64,000 bases of DNA from contig DIFE01000081.1 in assembly GCA_002418985.1 (NCBI GenBank), positions 1,822 through 65,821 of the forward strand, read 5' to 3'. Every line of letters begins with the position of its first letter. Position 1 is the stretch's first letter. Shown here piece by piece: positions 8,680 to 15,686 of the stretch. The notes beneath the pieces are model-generated. The model was not told the origin of the DNA, ran no database searches, and saw only the letters and a program-made list of their open reading frames with translations. Made by a program: the position numbers and the translations under genes. The DNA comes from Deltaproteobacteria bacterium UBA5756. Lineage in GTDB: Bacteria; Desulfobacterota; Syntrophorhabdia; Syntrophorhabdales; Syntrophorhabdaceae.

Positions 8680-9363
8680 ATGAAGAACGAACATAGCGAT
8701 ATAGGGCAGAGGTTGAAGATGTTGAGGGGTTCTCTATCTCAAACTGAGATGGGAAAACTCTTTAATATGCCATTACGTACATATCAGTCATATGAGTATG
8801 GGCAGCGGGTACCTCCCTCGCATGCTCTATCAAGTATTGCAAGAAAGTTCGGAACCACTGTTGAATGGATATTAACCGGTGTGGACGAGCGAGCGGACGA
8901 AGAAACAGGTAAAGGCGTACTGAAGAAAGAACCTTCTCCAGGAGAGAAGCTGGGGCAGGATTTCGCATATATTCCCCAGGTGAATGGAAGAATCAGCGCA
9001 GGAAAAGGTTTAGCTCCTGATAATGTTATCGAAATGAGGGTCGCCTTTCGAAAAGAATGGATTGCGCGAAAGGGTAACGCAAAAGACATGGTTCTTATTA
9101 AGGTATCCGGTGATAGCATGGATCCGACCCTTTTGAATGGCGATCTTGTTCTCATCGATCGTGGCAGAAAATATTTTGAACCGCAGGGCGGTATTTACGC
9201 CATTGCAGTGGACGATACGATAATGATAAAGCGAGTCCAGGTTGTTGGGGATCGTGCAAAGATTATCAGTGACAATAAAATGTATGAGCCTTTTGAGGTT
9301 AGTGCCGATCAGGTAAAGATAAACGGCAAAGTCATCTGGTTCGCCAGGGAATTGGAGAGGTAG
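8680..9363 (+). CDS. LexA/CI-type repressor (XRE HTH + S24 peptidase)
   Basis: HTH SQTEMGKLFNMPLRTYQSYEYGQR; Ala-Gly cleavage candidate ISAGKG; S24 Ser VSGDSMDPTL and Lys IMIKRV. Confidence 0.8.
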   Translation: MKNEHSDIGQRLKMLRGSLSQTEMGKLFNMPLRTYQSYEYGQRVPPSHALSSIARKFGTTVEWILTGVDERADEETGKGVLKKEPSPGEKLGQDFAYIPQVNGRISAGKGLAPDNVIEMRVAFRKEWIARKGNAKDMVLIKVSGDSMDPTLLNGDLVLIDRGRKYFEPQGGIYAIAVDDTIMIKRVQVVGDRAKIISDNKMYEPFEVSADQVKINGKVIWFARELER

Positions 9364-9485
9364 AAAATGGGTTCGTTGTTGACTCGCTGCGGATCAGTCC
9401 GCAATCTATTACAGTTAGTTTGAACAGGTATCGATATCTTCTGTTGGCTCTGTAAAGGCAGGATTCATCCGATTGAGCGGGTTTT

Positions 9486-10280
9486 ATGAATAATTCTGAT
9501 TTTTTCAGCATCTGCTACGCACATCAAGAGCCACAAGTTTCGTGGTGTGGCGTTATTGTAAAGGACGGGGAAGACTTCGATCTTTTCATGAGAAATGAGG
9601 TTGCTTCCCGCCTCCACGATGCGAGCGGCGCGAGAGAATTTGAGGACTGTCTGCGTAGTCTTGTCGCGACAGGCTTTAATCGAGACAATCTGGAAGACAT
9701 TCTTGCTGCTGAGATTCCCGAAGATCGGGACTGGGCCGTCGGTGAAGCTATAGCGGAAGCTTATTTGAGCGAAAAGCATGGTATTATTTGGCCCTGGAAC
9801 ACAGAACGGGATAAGCGAACACCCCGAGCCAGTCTTCCGGGTGCCGATCTAATTGGTTTCGATGTCAGAAGAGAAGGTATTCGATTTGCCTTGGGCGAAG
9901 TAAAAACTTCGAGCGATAAAGATGTTCCGCCCAACGTCATGAACGGACGGACCGGTATGATACATCAGCTGGAAAACCTAGCCGACAATCTAGGGTTAAT
10001 CAACCAATTGCTCAAGTGGCTGTTCTTTCGATGCAGAGCCACAGATCACGAAAAATCCTTCAAAGCGGCCAGCACTCTCTTTCTTAGTTCTGGCAAGAAG
10101 GCCGTCGCCTTATTTGGCGTGTTAGTTCGTGATACAGCGCCCGACGAACTAGACTTAAGAAACCGAGGAAACGCATTTGCCAAGAAACTCAAAGATCCCA
10201 CTGAGTGTCAGTTGGTAGCAGTGTACTTACCATGCGCAGTTGCGGATCTTCCCGCACGCGTCTCGGGAGGCACAGTGTGA
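9486..10280 (+). CDS. hamA: PD-(D/E)xK nuclease-fold protein, HamA-like (Hachiman)
   Basis: 264 aa. D121 (PGADLIGFD) ... E138-V-K140 (FALGEVKTS) fits a PD-ExK motif. It lies immediately upstream of, and is start/stop-coupled to, a large SF2 helicase. Confidence 0.5.
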   Translation: MNNSDFFSICYAHQEPQVSWCGVIVKDGEDFDLFMRNEVASRLHDASGAREFEDCLRSLVATGFNRDNLEDILAAEIPEDRDWAVGEAIAEAYLSEKHGIIWPWNTERDKRTPRASLPGADLIGFDVRREGIRFALGEVKTSSDKDVPPNVMNGRTGMIHQLENLADNLGLINQLLKWLFFRCRATDHEKSFKAASTLFLSSGKKAVALFGVLVRDTAPDELDLRNRGNAFAKKLKDPTECQLVAVYLPCAVADLPARVSGGTV

Positions 10281-13200
10281 GTCATTGGTTACTGGACAGC
10301 CTTGCCGAAACAGTACAGTTGGCGCTAAAACAGGCAGATGGCGTGGAGATCCAACGTGCGTTGATGGGCTCCCCTTCCGGCAATGACGTGGGTCTTATCG
10401 AAAGAACTGTTGAAGCGTTGGAATTAGCAGTGTTTGACCTTGTTGCTGAAGGCACGCCACGCGAAGAAAACGCTAGAAATGAGCTTAGAAGGATTGCTGC
10501 CGATGCTTTCCGGTTGATTCGTGTATTGCCCAGACGAGATGATCCGATTGAATGCGCAAGACTCTTGTTACGGGGTGGCGCACTCGCTGTGCTCGGGGAC
10601 AAGGGGTCGGACGCGGCACGATGGCTACGCGAAGATGAATGGCCCGATTTGCCGCTGGAATCGAGCGATTGGAGTGAACGTACCTGGGCAACAATCATCG
10701 ATATTTGGTTGCGATTAATTCGCAAGCATGGTTGGTCCGACCGCGACAAAGTGCTGAAGTGTATCTCTACACTACGTGATTCTCAGGTTGTGTTCGAAAG
10801 AGATTATCTTGCTGGTAGAGAGCACATACATGCCAAATCCGCAGCTCTCGAACTTGTCGGTCTCTATCATCTTGCTAAGGCGGCAGAAATACTTGCTTAT
10901 TACATAACCGATGGTGTGGTGGATGGGAAGTATCAAATTCATCAACTCCTAGAACAGCACTTTGACCGAGTGTTTGCCGTTTGTGAGTACGCCCAAATGT
11001 ATGAGTTAGAACCTTTAGCCCGACTTCTTTCGGCCTGTTCGTCTCAAATGGCAGACAATTCCATCTGGACGGTTACTCGCGCTGTCAACTCAAGGGTAAC
11101 AAGGTTTGTCGAGACGCTCGTTGCCCAAGGCCGAGGCGATCGAGCAATTTTTGATGTCTTGCCTCCACAGCGCCGCTCGTTGGCAGAAAAGGGTTTGCTC
11201 GGTTCAAGTCGGAGGGCGGTCGTAGTGAGTCTTCCTACATCTAGCGGCAAAACATTGATTGCGCAGTTTCGTATTCTTCAAGCCTTGAACCAGTTCGAGC
11301 TGGAGCGCGGCTGGGTAGCTTATCTTGTTCCGACCCGAGTGTTAGTTAACCAGATAACGCGCCAGTTGCGCCGTGATTTTGAGCCGCTATCGGTTGTTGT
11401 TGAAAAGGTCAGTCCGGCTTTGGAGGTCGACAATATAGAGTCTGAATTGTTGCGTCAAGAAGATCAGACACGGGCCTTTCGAGTGCTTGTTACTACTCCC
11501 GAAAAGCTGGATCTGATGTTACGACAAGGTCTGGAGGCAACAATCGGTCGCCCTTTGACATTGGTCGTTGTGGACGAGGCTCACAACATTCAGGGTGTTC
11601 AACGAGGGCTTAAGCTTGAACTATTGTTGGCAACCATCAACAACGAGTGTCAAAGAGCACAGTTCCTGTTATTAACACCTTTCATCAGGAATTCGGAAGA
11701 AGTCGCCCGGTGGCTTGGAGGTCAGAGTTCCGATGACATAAACCTGGCTCTAGACTGGCAACCCAACGATCGCATTGTTGGAATCGTGCAGGCCGAAAAA
11801 GGTGACGCTTTGGACGGGAGAAGTTTCGATTATCAGCTTTGTTTAGAGACAGTGCATACTACCAGAAATACTCTGACAATCGACAATTCTCTGTTCCTAC
11901 CGAAGAATCCTGATATTGCATCAACTTTTAGTAAAGCGTCGAATGCTAGCAGCTTGGCGGCTATTACCGCCCAGCGTTTGCACGAAAGAGGGCCGGTAAT
12001 TGTAATGCACGCCCGACCTGATTGGGTGTGGGCTCTGGCTAAGAAGTTCATGATTCCAGAGAACAAGAGGGAACTCTCTACCGAAAAAGTCAAGTTGGTT
12101 CAACAATTTCTTGACCTCGAATATGGTGTTAGTTTCCAGTTGCAAGACTTGCTTTCATACGGTGTTGGAATCCATCATGCTGGTCTGTCAGATGATGTTC
12201 GCCTTCTAATGGAATGGTTGTTCGAAGAGAACGAACTAGATTTTCTGGTGGCAACCACAACCATTGCCCAAGGGGTAAATTTTCCAGTTACCGCCGTAGT
12301 CATGGCTTCACATCAGTATCCTATTGACAAGAAAATGACGGATATGTCACCCGAAGATTTTTGGAACATCGCGGGTCGGGCCGGAAGAATAGGTCAAGGT
12401 AGCGTTGGAATTGTAACGCTGGTTGCTGACAATGATAGTAAGGCTTCGATTCTTCGTAATTTTATTAATCACCAGAGCGGCGAACTGAATTCCGCTCTTG
12501 TTACTCTGGCTAGAGAAGCCGGAGAGATGCTCGAAAACCTTGGAGCAATCGTTTACAGACATCCGGAATGGTCCGCTTTTCTTCAATACCTAGCGCATAC
12601 ATATCGCCAGATGGGCAAACCCGAGGCGTTTGTGAATGAAATCGAGCAGGTCCTTCGTGGAACGTTCGGATACGAGAAACTTCGTAGCCAAGACTCTTCT
12701 TTGGCAAGGAAACTGCTTGATGGAATTCTAGTTTATGCTCGCTATCTCGGCGAACCTGGACAGCCCCTTAAACTTGTTGACAGCACTGGTTTCTCACTTC
12801 AAAGTATAAGGACCGTCCTCGGCGCCGCAAGTGTTGAGGGAATTCATGGCGACGCATGGAATTCTCAATCCCTATTCAACGAAAACAACCGCGATCTTCA
12901 AAAAATGATGGGCGTTTTGCTCAATGTTCCCGAATTGCGGGAGAACTTGAAGGCTGTGACGGGCGGCAGGTCCCCCGATGGGAATAAGCTTGCGTCAATC
13001 GTGAAAGACTGGGTAAATGGGGTTTCAGTTCCAGAGATAACCAAGCGCCATTTCTTCAAGGAGGGCGACGACTTTACGTTGGCCATGACAACATGCGGAC
13101 GAAACATCTTCGGCAGGCTGACTCAGACTGCCGCATGGGGCCTTGGGGCTTTGCTTTCAATTACTGGCAGCGGTTTGTCTGAAGAGCAGTTGTTGTCGCT

Positions 13201-13450
13201 GAGCAATCTGCCATCGCAAGTTTACTACGGCGTTAACAACGATTCCGCCGTTGCCTTGAGACTGCTAGGCGTACCAAGAACTGCCGCGACATCCCTGGCA
13301 AGTTTTATGGGCGATGTTCTCACTGAACCGCTAGCCAGTATCCGTGGACAGTTGCGCGACATGCCTGCCGCAAGTTGGCAACAAGCGCTTGGACAACACC
13401 ACGGAGAGGTTTACCAAAGAGTATGGAAGGTTCTAGAAGGATTAGACTAA
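10277..13450 (+). CDS. hamB: Ski2/Hel308-like SF2 DEAH helicase, HamB-like (Hachiman)
   Basis: Motif I LPTSSGKT, motif II VVDEAHNI, motif V ATTTIAQGVNFP, motif VI AGRAGRIGQG. The preferred start is the GTG at 10277 overlapping the upstream TGA; the ATG at 10232 is an alternative. The helicase core is flanked by N- and C-terminal regions of about 320 and 355 aa. Confidence 0.7.
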   Translation: MSHWLLDSLAETVQLALKQADGVEIQRALMGSPSGNDVGLIERTVEALELAVFDLVAEGTPREENARNELRRIAADAFRLIRVLPRRDDPIECARLLLRGGALAVLGDKGSDAARWLREDEWPDLPLESSDWSERTWATIIDIWLRLIRKHGWSDRDKVLKCISTLRDSQVVFERDYLAGREHIHAKSAALELVGLYHLAKAAEILAYYITDGVVDGKYQIHQLLEQHFDRVFAVCEYAQMYELEPLARLLSACSSQMADNSIWTVTRAVNSRVTRFVETLVAQGRGDRAIFDVLPPQRRSLAEKGLLGSSRRAVVVSLPTSSGKTLIAQFRILQALNQFELERGWVAYLVPTRVLVNQITRQLRRDFEPLSVVVEKVSPALEVDNIESELLRQEDQTRAFRVLVTTPEKLDLMLRQGLEATIGRPLTLVVVDEAHNIQGVQRGLKLELLLATINNECQRAQFLLLTPFIRNSEEVARWLGGQSSDDINLALDWQPNDRIVGIVQAEKGDALDGRSFDYQLCLETVHTTRNTLTIDNSLFLPKNPDIASTFSKASNASSLAAITAQRLHERGPVIVMHARPDWVWALAKKFMIPENKRELSTEKVKLVQQFLDLEYGVSFQLQDLLSYGVGIHHAGLSDDVRLLMEWLFEENELDFLVATTTIAQGVNFPVTAVVMASHQYPIDKKMTDMSPEDFWNIAGRAGRIGQGSVGIVTLVADNDSKASILRNFINHQSGELNSALVTLAREAGEMLENLGAIVYRHPEWSAFLQYLAHTYRQMGKPEAFVNEIEQVLRGTFGYEKLRSQDSSLARKLLDGILVYARYLGEPGQPLKLVDSTGFSLQSIRTVLGAASVEGIHGDAWNSQSLFNENNRDLQKMMGVLLNVPELRENLKAVTGGRSPDGNKLASIVKDWVNGVSVPEITKRHFFKEGDDFTLAMTTCGRNIFGRLTQTAAWGLGALLSITGSGLSEEQLLSLSNLPSQVYYGVNNDSAVALRLLGVPRTAATSLASFMGDVLTEPLASIRGQLRDMPAASWQQALGQHHGEVYQRVWKVLEGLD

Positions 13451-13529
13451 CAACAAAAGTAACCCTCGAACATAGAGACTTGTCAGATCGGCAACATACG
13501 ACAGCAGAAATACTTTTTCGCTTAATCCC

Positions 13530-13657
13530 CCTAAAATCAAACCTCCCTTGAAAACACCCCCAAAACTCCCTTAATTTTACCAACCGTAAGATTAGTCAGA
13601 AGTGACTTATAACATTATTCGGTACTTAGTTATCACACCCCCTACACAATCTTTTAG
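13530..13657. repeat. Direct repeat copy B (right island boundary)
   Basis: See copy A. Weaker similarity extends about 30 nt upstream in both copies (gcaagaaatgtttt versus gcagaaatacttttt). Confidence 0.9.
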
Positions 13658-13661
13658 TCAA

Positions 13662-13690
13662 TTGACACTTTTAGTGTGAAAGTGATATAA
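13662..13690 (+). promoter_or_regulatory. Sigma70-like promoter candidate for the TMEM175-like gene
   Basis: TTGACA (13662-13667), 17-nt spacer, ATATAA (13685-13690). It begins a few nt after repeat copy B ends. Confidence 0.35.
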
Positions 13691-13701
13691 GCGTTAACAT
13701 A

Positions 13702-14346
13702 ATGGCAAAAACCGAATCTTCCGGCGGCCGGTTTGTTATGACGACTCACCGCATAGAAAGTCTGTCAGACTGCATTTTCGCCTTTTCGATGACTCTTCTC
13801 GTCATGAATTTTTCTTTCCCGACCGTCGGGACTGACAAAAGCGAGGCGCAGGTTACAGAAGTGTTCCTGAGGGAGATAGCGAAGTTTGACCGCTACGTCC
13901 TTACCTTCGTCCTTCTGGCCATTTTCTGGATTACACATCATCAGCAATTCCACCATATCAGGAGAACGGACCGCGGCTTTCTCTGGATCCAGGTGGCCAC
14001 CCTTATGTTTATCGTGATGGTCCCCTTCACCGCGGCATGGATGTCGGCTTACAGCCACCTCCATATTACCAATCTCGTCTTTGATATCAATCTATTTATT
14101 CTCGGACTTCTCTTCCTCGTAGCCTGGATCTACGCAACGCATGGAGGAAGACTTGTTGATGAAGGCATTGACGGCCGTTCTGTCTGGCGGGGCACGGCAA
14201 GGTCCCTTCTTACATGTGCTGTCGCGCTGATCGCCATCGCGGTTTCCTTCTATCATCCCGGCTGGAGCAACTATGCGTTTATCCTGACGCCGGTGGTTCT
14301 CCTGCTTAAGCCTTTTCGACAGTCAGAAAGACCGGGCGGCCGCTGA
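13702..14346 (+). CDS. TMEM175/DUF1211-family membrane protein (putative K+ channel)
   Basis: N-terminal RIESLSDCIFAFSMTLLV motif typical of DUF1211, and about 6 hydrophobic segments. The true start may be the ATG at 13738. Confidence 0.7.
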   Translation: MAKTESSGGRFVMTTHRIESLSDCIFAFSMTLLVMNFSFPTVGTDKSEAQVTEVFLREIAKFDRYVLTFVLLAIFWITHHQQFHHIRRTDRGFLWIQVATLMFIVMVPFTAAWMSAYSHLHITNLVFDINLFILGLLFLVAWIYATHGGRLVDEGIDGRSVWRGTARSLLTCAVALIAIAVSFYHPGWSNYAFILTPVVLLLKPFRQSERPGGR

Positions 14347-14395
14347 TCGTTCCGGCGGAACCTTTCTTATTTTCGATAGGTATACGATGGCCATC

Positions 14396-15565
14396 TCAGT
14401 CCGCGTTACTCGCTCGGCCGGCGCCCATGGAATGGCTCAATCCTGCCCCAATGGCCTCGGAAGCGATACGGTAGCTCCTCATGAGGAACACAAGGGCCGG
14501 AATACCGAGCACCGCCGGGACCAATACGGTTGCGATGAACAATCGAAAGACAAACCCGTACATCTCGCCCGCCACCTGGAAGACGCTTGCATCACTCAGT
14601 TTGTCGATATTACTGAAAAGGTAGCCCTCTACCATCTTCAACGCGATCCCGCTCCCCATGCACAGGTTGTAGGCCATGACGAGAACATTGAGGACATTGA
14701 CCGCGACGATCGGAGTCAGCGCAATGGCGAATGCCTTGACGATATTTTGAAAGAACACCTCTTTGCGGGAATCAAAGGCCATGGTTATGACAGAGAAGGG
14801 GAAGGTGACGCAAAATACGGCCGCCCTGACGGCGGCAGCGACAATGACACCGGTGAAGGTGAATATCAGCAGCGTATGAAAGAGAAAACCGGCGATGGTC
14901 CCGATATGACTGCGCACCAGTTCGCGGACAGTCTCCAGGACAAATATCATGCTGCCGGCGTCTACGTTCACCCCGATACCACTGGAGATAACGGCCATGT
15001 ATTCCGATACGACATAGCTGATCATCATCATGAACGCGCCCAGGGCAGGATGGAAAAGGGCAAGACAGGCCGAGGGAGGGATGAGGGGCAAAAGAAAGAT
15101 AAGTTGGGCAAGCCGCACCTTGATCGCGTCGACCCATTTTATCTTCACGCCGGCAAGCGGCGACGTCTCCTTGATATCCGTCAGTTTTTCGGAAAGTTCC
15201 TGCGACCCCATTTCCCTTCCCAGTTTGGCCTTGACGGCATCGAGGTTTGCAAAGATCCTACCGTCCCCGACCTGTGTGAACCCGGCGGATATGACCATCC
15301 GTGGAAACGTCCCGATGAACGTACCGGCTTTGCCGTCCGCTCCACCCAGAAAGGGCAGCGGCGTGCACAGGGCGCAGATGATCATGAACCTGCTCGCCTG
15401 CTCCTTGACATAGGGCAGGATGTTCTCGTATCCCTTCTTGTAAAGCGTGAAGACTATCCGGGAGCTTCCCATGAAGAAGGCAAGGGCGGTGACGATGGCG
15501 GCCACCTGTTGCTCCACCTGCGCGACGAGTTGAGAGGATTGCGCCAGAAGGTCCGTCGGGTTCAT
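14396..15565 (-). CDS. Polytopic inner-membrane protein of unknown function (TrbL/VirB6-like topology possible)
   Basis: 389 aa with many hydrophobic spans. It is co-directional with, and 121 bp downstream of, the 886-aa surface-protein gene. No diagnostic motif. Confidence 0.5.
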   Translation of the reverse strand: MNPTDLLAQSSQLVAQVEQQVAAIVTALAFFMGSSRIVFTLYKKGYENILPYVKEQASRFMIICALCTPLPFLGGADGKAGTFIGTFPRMVISAGFTQVGDGRIFANLDAVKAKLGREMGSQELSEKLTDIKETSPLAGVKIKWVDAIKVRLAQLIFLLPLIPPSACLALFHPALGAFMMMISYVVSEYMAVISSGIGVNVDAGSMIFVLETVRELVRSHIGTIAGFLFHTLLIFTFTGVIVAAAVRAAVFCVTFPFSVITMAFDSRKEVFFQNIVKAFAIALTPIVAVNVLNVLVMAYNLCMGSGIALKMVEGYLFSNIDKLSDASVFQVAGEMYGFVFRLFIATVLVPAVLGIPALVFLMRSYRIASEAIGAGLSHSMGAGRASNAD

Positions 15566-15686
15566 GACGGCCCGCTCAGTTCATTTTTCTCCACACATTA
15601 TATATAGCGCCCCACTTCCATCAATGACTTTTTAGTCAACGACCCTTATGCACCGCCCGGAAGACTGCTGATTTCCTGCCCGGCCC

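Larger units (their letters stand above)
3646..13657. mobile_element. Putative accessory (defence) island bounded by direct repeats; no recombinase gene inside
   Basis: Near-identical ~128-bp direct repeats sit at 3675-3803 and 13530-13657. The interior is AT-richer than the flanks: hand counts of single 60-nt lines give about 42-58% inside versus about 60% outside. The interior contains only accessory or phage-type genes. Confidence 0.5.

Noticed and set aside
14387-15607. 406-aa plus-strand ORF
   Set aside because: It is fully antisense to the 389-aa membrane-protein gene. Its Arg/Asp/Gly/His-rich, low-complexity composition is typical of shadow frames in GC-rich coding DNA, whereas the minus frame gives a coherent polytopic membrane protein.
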